Positions 1-11,019 of a stretch of DNA of 38,023 bases are shown piece by piece. The notes under the pieces are model-generated. The model was not told where the DNA came from, did not search any database, and saw nothing but the letters and a program-made list of their open reading frames with translations. The first letter of the stretch is position 1. Each line of letters begins with the position of its first letter. The stretch spans positions 1 to 38,023 of the forward strand of contig KZ538972.1 of assembly GCA_000934665.2 (NCBI GenBank), read 5' to 3'. The translations under genes and the position numbers were made by a program. Source of the DNA: Catajapyx aquilonaris. Lineage: Eukaryota.

Positions 1-356
1 GTAAATATATTAACACACAGCATAATAAAAATATTGTTGCTCATTGTGACGCCACAGCTATTCTAAAGCTGAATGAATAAGGGATGTTTAATATATTTGG
101 CAACCTCTAACATTTTGGGGATTTCAAGTGATTTTGCTATAGTGCCGACCGCTTTGCCAACAATGTCTGAGCTTGTGAGGTTCGCTATTGATGGGTAATA
201 GCAGGACTTACCCATAATATTCAGATAGGCACGTCGAATTTACCAATCGAATAAGTTGTAATTGGTAACCATGGTGTTGCCCATATAAACACACATTGTT
301 GTACCGGTACGAAAAAAAGGACCTGTTGTCCGCAGCAACAGATGTAAACATTCTTA

Positions 357-506
357 GGGCCATTTTCTCGAACAGTGGTTCAAATGTAAACCCGGTTCAA
401 ACCCGGTTTAAACCCTTGACAACAGCCTAACAACTTTCAAATCAGGGATTAAACTGGCTTTGAACCCGGTTTACATATTTTGAACCACTGTTCGAGAAAA
501 CGGTCC
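357..506. mobile_element. PIF/Harbinger (Tourist-like) MITE
   Basis: Long TIRs GGGCCATTTTCTCGAACAGTGGTTCAAA / TTTGAACCACTGTTCGAGAAAACGGTCC; 3-bp TTA on both sides (354-356, 507-509). Confidence 0.8.
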
Positions 507-542
507 TTAGCCCCTCAGTCGAATTGGACGCTCCAAATTTTA

Positions 543-623
543 GTGCTCTTAAAAATGGGTGAGTAATACACTTTTAAGTCGGGGGGACTTAAAAGTGTAT
601 TACTCACCCATTTTTAAGAGCAC
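543..623. repeat. Perfect 38-bp inverted repeat with a 5-nt G loop
   Basis: 543-580 is the exact reverse complement of 586-623. Confidence 0.95.
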
Positions 624-712
624 CCCCCCAGAAAAAAACAAAAAAACATTGCAGTGTCATGTCTCATAAAATTATCGGTATTTGTCTAGGCAAGATACAG
701 TCTTTCCATTCC

Positions 713-965
713 AACGAATTTATATCCGAGCTGTGATTTTTGTTTTCATGCAAAATTAACATCTCGAAAACCCCATTTTTAATATGCAATATTTTATTTA
801 TTTCATAAAGGAAATACCGGTTCTGTGATAAAATTTTCTCGAAAACCCCATTTTTAATATGCAATATTTTATATTTCATATTAAAAATGGGGTTTTCGAG
901 ATGTTAATTTTTGAAATGTGCATGTTGCATGAAAACAAAAATCACAGCTCTGATATAAATTCGTT
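713..965. repeat. Patchwork of inverted and direct repeats
   Basis: ~713-790 is inverted relative to ~877-965; TCTCGAAAACCCCATTTTTAATATGCAATATTTTAT is directly repeated (~762 and ~838). Confidence 0.85.
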
Positions 966-1676
966 TCTCACTTAATACAAAGATATACCGAATTTTTATA
1001 TAACTGACTTTATAATAGAACTCATGCTACTTTGTTATACAAAAAATAACGATTAAATAATTATGTAAAATTGCTTCTTCGATCAAACATTTATTTGAAG
1101 TGTCCATATTGTAGCACAATGAAGAAAGTTGTCACATGACAAAAATTTGTATCTCCCTTATAAAAGATATACCCCGGGTTTTGACACTAACTTACTTCAT
1201 TTTATAACCTGTCTGTCCTTGTAAAATTAAAAATTAAAATTAAAATTAACAAATGGCGTTTTTGAGAAAATAATTGTTGAAATATGCATGTTGTCTCTTG
1301 TTGCCATATTTTCACCTCACATCTCAACTACACGCGGACCTAACATAGGTTTTATTTAATAACCTTTAGGGGGTCACCGAGTATATATCACAAAACATAA
1401 CGTATAAATATAACGTATCATGAAAAAAGGCTAGGTGGGATTAGAGTGAATGGACCTGTCAGCGGGTGATGGATAGGGCTATTGTTCTCGGGCTTTAACG
1501 AACTTCTGGGCAAGGTCGGGAATTAAAAATTTGGATTTTGGGCCATAGCTCGAAAACGGCTGGGAAATTTGCAGTTTTGAGGATTTTTCGATTCCCAATT
1601 ATTTTTTGGAGCTATTTTTAAGGCCACTCCCAGCCCTCTACGACGTCGGGAAGTGGGAGATCTTTTCCATCCTATA

Positions 1677-1714
1677 TCCTCCTCCTCCTCCTCCTCCTCC
1701 TCCTCCTCCTCCTC
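1677..1714 (+). repeat. (TCC)n microsatellite
   Basis: Direct reading. Confidence 0.95.
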
Positions 1715-2359
1715 GTTTAGGGGCTTTATATATACTTGACTTTAGGCCTATAAAATTATTCTGGATTTTTTAATTTTCTGTAACATTATCCTCCATGTGC
1801 CCAAAAAAGTAAACTTTTTGTGCCTATTTGAGGTTTTTTCGTGCATAAAAATCCGGACTCTATTAATAAATTTTATGACTGTCCTTTTTTTCTTCATTCC
1901 ACGACAAAATAATTAACATGACATCCCTCAGCTTTCACCCAATCCAGATGTAAAATTATCAGTAATATTGATAAAATTAGGGGTATGGTGTAAAAAGATG
2001 ATCATTTTTGTCATTTTTGACCTAAACACCTATCAACTATGTAAAAGACACGACAAACCGTTTGGTATACTCCAAGTTCACGTATCATGCACGAGACGGC
2101 CACATGGACTAGATCAAAAGCGGCATTCCGGAATCCAAACTTAAATTCGCTCTCCTGAAACAAGATTGGAGGTGAGCGTGATTAGAGTAGACTTTTTCAT
2201 GTTTACTGCTATTGTCCCCAACGTCAGTCATGGGACTGGGACTCTGGGAGGGGGAAAAGGGTGATATGGGGGAGGGGGCGGTGGGTGGACTGGGAGGGGG
2301 TGGTGCGTGGTGGGGGAGGGAGCAGCCAGGGGGCTCGAAAAAAGTCTTATAGCACGGCT

Positions 2360-2400
2360 CTGTCTGTCTGTCTGATACCTGTCCACAGACAGACAGACAG
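2360..2400. repeat. (CTGT)n/(ACAG)n 15-bp inverted repeat hairpin
   Basis: CTGTCTGTCTGTCTG, 11-nt spacer, CAGACAGACAGACAG. Confidence 0.85.
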
Positions 2401-4471
2401 TAGTTCTATAACTTTTTTCTTCGAAAAAGTCTAAAATTACACTTTTGTGCGTTATCACCTTTTTCCACCACACCCCTCAAATCATGTCTTCAAACTTTTT
2501 TCGTTTTTTGCTCATGCATAAACCCATGAAGTTAGTGTCATAAATTGGATTAATGTTTGGTATATTTAGCCACGGTCATACTTTTTCTTTTCCTCTCCTA
2601 TGACTAATATAATGCACATTAAAGTTAAGGACTTGTGTCCCCCCAAACATTGCCCGAGAACTTGGTAAATAAATAAAGATAAATAATAAAAAGTTATGGA
2701 CCAAATGCTTTTGCGGATGCTGGGCCATTGTTCTGTTATGTCATTCACCTGTAGTTTGTGGCCTTATTTCCACATGCATGTGTAAGCAATTCCTGTTTAT
2801 CGCAATCTTCTTCCGCAGAACAATGCATACGTATGAACCATCGACAGAACTTTGAACTTCCTGTTGGCATGCAGCTGCTCAGGGCATGGCTCTGTATTGT
2901 ATTACACGTGTGCTATGTAAAATCAGGTCCAAAAAATAAAGACCAAATTTATAATCCATTGTTAGCTGATCACTAACCCAGCTCAAATCATCAGCATATA
3001 TACTCCATGATACAATTCTTGCACAATCGACACAATAACAGCGATTAGGTAGCCTACTCGACATTGTCCTCGACGAAATGACCGTTATAATCATGTGGGC
3101 CTAACGCCAGAATTCACAGCATGATTCCATAATCTGCGAATAACATTCCTGAAAGCATTTATAAGACAAAAAAAGACTAAGTAACCCATCATAAGTCCTC
3201 CACAGTTTGCGACTCTAACTTTAGCTCCAAGAGTCAATTGTCACTATTTTTTTTACCATCTGTTCTATTTTCAGCCGACCTGATTCTGCTGCTTTGTAAC
3301 CTCTGGCTTGATAAGGCCTATGAGTATGGAGTCAACTATTAGTGTGACTGCTACTAATAGGCCTATCTAGCTTGAGGTGTATCATCACTCATTTGGACGC
3401 TGCCCTGGACCTGATCATCGGACTGACCTTCAGATGCACGTGCCATATAACTTTAGTGTTTGTTTTGGTGCTCACCTGCTACTTTTATTGCCATTATTAT
3501 ACGGTTGTGTCAACTATCAGTCTGTATAGAATAGCGAATAAAAGTCGTGCTCCAGTCACCTGCTGTACATGACAAGTTTTTTTATATGCAAAACACCCCG
3601 CTGACCACATTGCGATGTGAAAAGACCATTCGAAGCATTACATTCTCATCAAGCGCAGTAATCAGCAACCAGTAATGCCGGTTTATTTTTCCTCCCCAGT
3701 TGTGGGTCGCATAAAACCTTGTCCAGTTCGGTGCAACCACATGCAAACTGTTGGGTACACCTGCACTGGAACCAATGGATGAACTTGATTCTATCACATC
3801 AGCAGCTGGGAACTGCAATAAATATATATATATAGGCTGTGGCGTGTAGGATTTAGAACAATAAATGTATTATAAATTGTCCTAAATTAAACAACCATAA
3901 TAAACATTTTGGATTGCCAGCATGTGCCACCCGTTTGTGTCCAGACTAGGCCTACACCTGTCATGCTTCTGGCTAGTTGGTACCGGGTGTATAAAAAAAT
4001 CAGCACCTATGATATTAGGGGGTTGAATAAAAAATGACGCGAACAATAGTAAGCAAAACGGCCATTGCCTGCTATAAGCCTCCCTGGGTGGTTGTATAGT
4101 GATACATATATCGGGCCTACCACCCAGAAAGCCAAAACATGAGGCTAAGCCCCACAATGGGACCCAATAAAAAAAATGCCGCGTTGGGGGATAAAAAAAA
4201 TGGCAGGTCCATAATACCATTGGGGAGTGTGGACCCTAACCTTGCTAAGCTTGGTGGGTCCTATTATGACTTTGCCTTTTGCCACTGCTTCCTTTTCATT
4301 CTTCTCTTTTTGATCCGGCCATTGTGCAGTGTATCCTAACAAGGGATAAGTTTCGTTCACTCAGTCCATCTTATGCGTCAAGATTAATATCCGGGTGTTG
4401 ACTTACAAAGCCGGAATTTTCATGTAGCCTAGTAGACGCCGCGCCGTGGCTTGTAGCTCTGAATATTTTGC

Positions 4472-4535
<64 letters not shown>

Positions 4536-4553
4536 AACAACAACAACAACAAC
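4472..4553 (+). repeat. Compound (AAT)n(AAC)n microsatellite
   Basis: Direct reading; a second short (AAT)n lies near 4620-4638. Confidence 0.95.
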
Positions 4554-4949
4554 ATCACGACATTTCCCTATGAGGGGTAGTCAGCGATGAAGGGAGACGC
4601 AAGCTAACCCAACATATGATAATAATAATAATAATAATAGGAGAAACAATGTCAAATTTTTTGTCCATGGAAATTCATCTCTATTTCCGTGTTTCTGAGG
4701 TCACTCGTAACTCATAATGACCATTCAGTTTCTCTGAGATTTGTTTCTGACCTATAGGGGCAGTCAAAAAACCAAATTCATTAAAATATAGGGGTCATTC
4801 CGAATAAAGTGGGCTGAAATGTTGCTGGAACATCTCAGATTTTGGTGAAGAAAATCACAGCTGTACCCATGTATCCCATAACACTGCATAATTATCAATT
4901 TTCATCCATATTGCGAGATACCAGGAAGAGGGAATAAATCGCGAAAATG

Positions 4950-5732
4950 TGAAAAAGCCTGAAAATGAGGCCTGTAGTGCCTCACGATGAGGAGTAAGAG
5001 ACACAACAAAATAACCCAGGGAAACACACCGGGGGAAAGCGTAAAACCACCACTGTGGACTCTATTCAGGACAACATGTACAACACATCTGTCCAGGAGG
5101 ACGATAGAACAAGAAGTGACACAATCCAAAACGTCAACTACGTCAGCGTCCTGGCAACAGACAACAACCTGATTGCCAGGACACTACAGGCCCTTTTTTG
5201 GATAAGTTTTAAAGGTTATTGGAAGTGGTCAAAACCCAATGAACATAATTATATATCAAATGAAAGAGAAACACGAGGAGAATGAGCCTATGTAATTTGT
5301 TTTCATGTAAATAACGTAACCAGAAAAATGTGAATGGCATTATATTGGTCACATGCTCAGTCACATGGATGCACAAGAATTTTGACCCCAACAATCAGTG
5401 ATGGTATAATTTGCGTAACAGCAGTCATATTTGATGACAGAAGTTGTGACCCACACAAGGTTTAATATTTTGTTCAGTTTGAAGTCTGGTTCATGCATGG
5501 TTCGCGATAAAATAATAGATAACTTATGTTTTGCATATACATCATTAACTTCTTTACAAGGACCAAAATTCTTGGATATGTGGGCGATGGAATGCCACGC
5601 ACATTATTCTGGTTATATTTTAAAGGAAAACAAATTACATAGGCGCATTCTCCTCGTGATTATCTTTGGGGTTTGACTCATTCCAATAGCCGAAAAAATA
5701 TCTTAAAAAGGCCTCATTTTCAGCCTTTTTCA
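4950..5732. mobile_element. Degenerate foldback/TIR element interrupted by a solo LTR
   Basis: Left arm 4950-4972 plus ~5189-5390 is the imperfect reverse complement of the right arm ~5560-5732. Confidence 0.7.
4973..5188 (-). mobile_element. Solo LTR (216 bp), probably Ty3/Gypsy-type
   Basis: Termini TGTAGTG...CACTACA; 4-bp TSD GGCC (4969-4972, 5189-5192); the empty site is visible in the opposite foldback arm. Orientation is a guess from an AATAGA-like signal. Confidence 0.7.
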
Positions 5733-5739
5733 AACTTCC

Positions 5740-6629
5740 TTTAGGCTGATTTAATTATAAAATGCGGGGAAATATGCGGAATAACAACTTTGAGAACCAT
5801 ACCAGAGGAATTGGCTGAAATCCTCGTACTTTGCGAGAAATTAATTAATACTCATTTGCAGCTTTCTGGCACTTCGGAAAACTCCGCATACGGGTCTCCA
5901 AGGTTCTCTAGGTAGCTACATATTCAGGATATTTTAACATATTTCATAATTTTAATCTTTCTGGCCCAGCCACCTAGAATCTAGGCGCTAAGAACTCGAC
6001 GGCAGAGTACAGACAGCTTTATATACATACAGTATGTATACAGGGTGTATCTGAACTCAGTGCCCCGACATATATGACTGCCTTCCTAGCCACCAGAGGA
6101 TCGATTTAAATATAGGAGTCATATGTCTGGGCAGCCTCATTACTGAGATACACTCTTTAGCGATTTTTGCCTAATCGCTCCTTTTGACTTTTAAGTAGAA
6201 TTTTCTGGTGTAACTAGCCAAAGAGGCCTTACCACCTGTGGGCAACAAACCAACAAAGTCCCGCCCCCAGACCTTCCAGAGCCTTCTGACTGGGGGAGGG
6301 TACGATGGGTGGCCTAACCGACAGGATATTTTGTATTACATGTTTGCGGCCAATTATCTCCGTAATGAGGCTGCCCAGACATATGACTCCTATACTTAAA
6401 TCGATCCTCTGGTGGCTAGGAAGGCAGTCATATACGTCGGGGCACTGAGTTCAGATACACCCTGTATATTATATGTAAGGCTGAAATAGTCTGGAAAAAA
6501 AACATGCTGGGCAACACTTGACCAATAATTTCTCGCAAAGTACGACGATTTCAGCAAATTCCTCTGGTATGGTTCTCAAAGTTGTTATTCCGCATATTTT
6601 CACGCATTTCATAATCAAATCAGCCTAAA
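5740..6629. mobile_element. Foldback/TIR element with ~105-bp arms, hosting a mariner-type MITE
   Basis: 5740-5843 is inverted relative to 6526-6629 with scattered mismatches. Confidence 0.75.
6041..6464. mobile_element. Tc1/mariner-type MITE (424 bp), copy 1
   Basis: ~103-bp TIRs beginning CAGGGTGTATCTGAACTCAGTGCCCCGAC; TA TSD; near-identical inverted copy at 11530-11953. Confidence 0.92.
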
Positions 6630-7474
6630 AGTTGGGCGGCAGTAGTCCAATTTCGAGTTATTATAGCCCTTTTTTGGAAATTAATTTAGGGACTTCTAGA
6701 CGAGTAAAATGGTTCCAGACACATTCATAGGGTTTTCCCCGATCTCGTAAGTATAGCTGTTATTATTTGCAAAATATCTTGTCCGCATCTTCGGAGTACG
6801 CGTAAGCCGAAAACTGTGTGGTTCGGGCCGATCTGGGGCTGAAGGGGTTAAGAGTTACCAAAATACCAGCTTTCAAAAATGCATATCACTTGGGTGATTT
6901 ATGCACCTTATGAATACAGTAATTGGGTTAGTGGTGGTATCACTTCCAGATTAGGTGAAATACCATATTTCAGAAGCCTGGGGGCAATCGGTGTTGTGAC
7001 ACGAACTGGACATATAGTTGCAATATGTCTGAAGGCCCTGTCCCTACATACGTTGCAAGTTGAGTGTTGTAATATATTCAGCCCTGTAATAACCTTTTAT
7101 GAGCCTTACCTTTATCCGAATCGCCTTGCCAAAATAATGAAGGCCATGGCCAATGACTTACCACAAAATTCGAGGATTCACAGAGACAATGTAGCCCAAG
7201 TGTAGAAAATTCAGGGCAACAGCAAAATATGGTCTATTTATGCCTCAGTAACCCAAACTAAGTCAAGCAATATTTGCTTGAAATAATCATACAATAATAT
7301 TTTAGATACGAGTTACCAAAATCCCGGTATTTTAAAATGCATATCATAGGGTGGAAGACAACATGCACCACTCACCACCAGTGTCAGTTGGCCTGCTGCT
7401 ATAAAAGCATTTAGGGGATAATCTTTTAATTAACCTACTATATTCATTGCCTGTGCTATGATGGATTTTTGCAT

Positions 7475-7638
7475 GTGGGAGGAAACGGGAGAGCCTCGAG
7501 AAAACCCATGCAAATACGAAGGGAACTCATCGAAGCTCTAGCCGCATAAGTAGGCTATCCTCTGTCCAAACCAGTAATCAAACGTGGGACCTCAGACGTG
7601 GATGGCTGTGGCATAACCACACCACCACCTTGCCACCC
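7475..7638 (-). mobile_element. Degenerate tRNA-derived SINE with a V-SINE/Mermaid-like core
   Basis: GTGGGAGGAAACGGGAGAGCCTCGAGAAAACCCATGCA resembles the reverse complement of that core; decayed B-box and A-box-like segments follow. Confidence 0.55.
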
Positions 7639-9725
7639 TTAAGTATAGCTAAAATGAATCAAGTGGAATGAGAAACCATCCCAGTGTCACCAACCTGAAA
7701 TAATGCCATCCATAAATGAATGCTGTTATGGAAGAACGTTGTAAATGACATTTTGGCTGTTTTGAGTTGACTATGTAGAAACGTCGCAAATGGCCGGCTG
7801 GTTCGAACAGTATAGTCCACCCAATGCCATCTGTTCATTTAGCCGAGAAAAAGCTGGACATTCCAGCAAGAGTGCATTCACGTTGCATGGGATCCATGGC
7901 AGAAAAACACATCTCCTGAAAAGTTGCCAAAGGTCAATTTCCAACGTTCTTCCATAACAGCATTCAAATGTCACCACCATAGTTCAACAATGGCTTGCTC
8001 ATCACAAGCTGAAATCAATCTGTTCTCTCTGAAGCTCATTGTCCCACAAAATTGACATCTTGGTCACCATAGGTGTTTATAAGTCAATAGTTGGGAAGTA
8101 ATAGTGCTCCCTCATGCCTCATCAACAACATTATAAAATAAATCATAGTTGGTCACCAAAATATCATCTTTGTGGAGCCTTGCGCTCATCCAAAACATGG
8201 GAAATAAGACCCTGCTGTATCTGTAATTATGCTTTGCAATAAAACAACTGTAATATCATTAAATTCTAACATCACCTTTACTGTCATTCAGTTTCACTTG
8301 CATAAGAATGAGCCTGTCTTGCTGACATCATATTTCTAGTTATTCACATTATTGAAATCACAGAAGACTTAAACAAACCTGCGTGCAACCCAGGTATAAC
8401 AAGTGCAGACACTGTGTACATAGACAAATAACATTACCAAACTTAACAAGATAAAATGTGATTTACAATTCCATGGAAGACTGAAGATCAGGTATGCTAC
8501 AGTAGCCTAGATTATGTGGAATGCAATTAAATGTTACATTCTTCTCTTCAATACCTATAAGCAACATCATTGTTTCCACATTGTTGAGCACCAAATTTTA
8601 CAGAAACTGTTGCACAATAGCAGTACTGACGACTAAATGACTTGTCAGTTTGCACTATTACAGCACCCATTACTTAGACTTGGAATGTAAAATTGAGTAT
8701 TACATCATTGAGGGTAGGGAGGAACATTGCAATAATTGAATCAGCACAATTCATTGGAAGTCATTAATTTTGATGATGACTTCCAATGCTACAATACTCA
8801 TTGCTTGATGCACAATGATCACTGGATTGACTATTAAAGTATTATGCTACATACTTTCAGCAATTCCAAATGGAGCAATACACATAATATTATGCAGTGT
8901 GTGTCAGGATCACAGAGACAGACAATGATGCCTGTCCTTAGTGAGGCCATGAGAAATAAAATGTGCAAAACTAGAAAAAATACACCCGAGCAAGTGGAGT
9001 GTTTGATCTAGATTTTCCCACAAGCAGCCAATTGGCGGTTTCAGACTAATCCCCTGCAGAGGTTCACACTAATAGGAAAACACAGTGTGGTTGTTGGGTG
9101 ACTTTGACATGGCAGCTCCATAACCATATTTTAACCATCTGAAGTGAGGAATCCACAACCTCATTCAATGGACTGGACATTGTTTGTCATTTTAATTGTC
9201 CTATGGAGAGCAAACATATTTTGATCACTGTCTCCAACACCTTTCTTTCTAGATTGTGCAAAATGACCAGCAGAACCACAAGGCATACTGATGAGGAGCA
9301 ATTAACAGATTTCATTTCAAATGAATGCAGTTTCATAAGACAAAAATGGTCAGTAACCCCTTGCAATAATTCCTAAATTACACACACAGTTTTCGTTCCT
9401 TTGGCAATACACTATAGCAAGATAATTCAAAAACTTGGGACACTACATGTCCCAATGAATTGCCAAGGTGAATATTGTGTGAACAAATCTGTCAAATATG
9501 TGAAGCAGTCAACAATTAGTGGCCCGGTATTTGTTATGTCTATTTGGAACACTCGAGAGTTCTCTAACTAAGTTACACAAATACCTCCAGGAAATGAGAC
9601 CTGACAAGCACGCAATTCTAAATTAGTGCGGACTAGATAATTCCTGAACAGGAAGAACTGTGATTTCAAACCAAAATGTACAACATTCAAAGGCAGTGCG
9701 ACGTACCCACAAATTTCTGCAAGTT

Positions 9726-10213
9726 CTCACAACCAAACTAACTCTTCTTACCCCCCTAAATTTTGAAAATGTTTGGATTTTCTAATTCTGCTTGGCCTGT
9801 AGTGTCGTGCAAACATCATTTCAAAATACAAGCTTAATACGATATTCCGAAGCCACAACACATAGCAGCCGGTCGCAAGTAGCGCGCTCTAGGGTGGCTT
9901 GAGCAAGTCGAATATGACCTCACACGCTTCGAAATAGATTTTGTGTAGCAATTTATGAATCAAGTTTAATCAATAATTTACATATCACTGATATCAGTCG
10001 CAATGACCCGCGACCAGAGACCCGCCACCCGCGACCTGATGCAGGTGTTGTGGCTTCGGAATTTCGGTATTTTGGCTTGTATTTTGACCCTGCTAATGTG
10101 AAAATTAGCAGCAGAAGTGATGTTTACACAACACTATAGGTCAAGCAGAATTAGCAAATCCAAAAATGTTCCAAATTTAGGAGGGTAAGAAGAGTTAGTT
10201 TGGTTGTCAGAGG
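9726..10213. mobile_element. Old foldback element/MITE in the putative 3' UTR
   Basis: ~9726-9876 is the imperfect reverse complement of ~10031-10213. Confidence 0.75.
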
Positions 10214-10794
10214 GTTTCAGGCTGTTTTGGCCTAGCACCTTTGGGAATGACACTTCATTCTGACTAACATCTACCATTTTGGGCACTGACGGTATCACAA
10301 GGCAGATGGAAGTTGAGACCATCATAATTTTTAACTTGACATATCTTAACACACAATCACAGGAGCTATTAATATCACTCAATAGAAGTGCTCTAGTGTC
10401 CACAAAGGAGACACAAGAAATACTGTGCCACTAATTATTGACTGTACCATGTTGCAGTACATGTTGGAAGATTAATGCTATAACATTGTGCTGTGCCTTA
10501 GGCATGGTCCAATCATTGAAATGAGAGTGACATAATATGCAAATTTTCTTCCACAATTGATAGCTGATGCCATGGGTTGCAACAAAATGGCACCCCCCAG
10601 GGTTGAGGGGTAATTGCTCAAGGTCGCTACACACAACATCAGGCAGGAACAAGTTAATCCATGCCAAAACAACTTCCTGGAACCAATCACCAGATCCTGA
10701 GAGGCATTCAAGCTTGTGAACGTGCTTTGCATTCACTTAGATTCTTAGAACGTCCCTCTCCTCCCCAGCACTGCCACGTTGAAGATGTGGTCGC

Positions 10795-11019
10795 CTAAGC
10801 CACAACTCTATCTACCTCCTCTTGCTGTAAATTGTCACGACTGGCCACCATCTCAGCACTTAGCAGTGCTAGTGGTACTTCAGGTGCAGGTAAGCTGTGC
10901 ACTTCCTCCGTTTGAGTTTCTGAATCAGTTTGAGCTTTCTTGTCGTCATCAGCCCACTTCAGTGTCAGCTGCTCCAACTCCCGGCATAAGTGGTTCTGCT
11001 GCCTCAGCAATGCAGTCAT
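10795..11019 (-). CDS. olf186-M: Terminal coding exon M (225 nt): MTALLRQQNHLCRELEQL...DRVVA*
   Basis: Acceptor TAATTACAG| in phase 0; helical segment resembling the family C-terminus; TAG stop. Confidence 0.85.
   Translation of the reverse strand: MTALLRQQNHLCRELEQLTLKWADDDKKAQTDSETQTEEVHSLPAPEVPLALLSAEMVASRDNLQQEEVDRVVA

Noticed and set aside
664..879. 71-aa ORF with an internal repeat (KILHIKNGVFE twice)
   Set aside because: Translation of the DNA direct repeat.
2228..2473. Pro/His-rich ORF
   Set aside because: Translation artefact of the G-tract.
3835..4445. Possible TIR element (GGCTGTGGCGT / ACGCCGCGCC)
   Set aside because: Termini too short and mismatched, no clear TSD.
10134..10736. 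Minus-strand ORFs just after the stop codon
   Set aside because: No recognisable homology; lie in probable 3' UTR and partly in a foldback.
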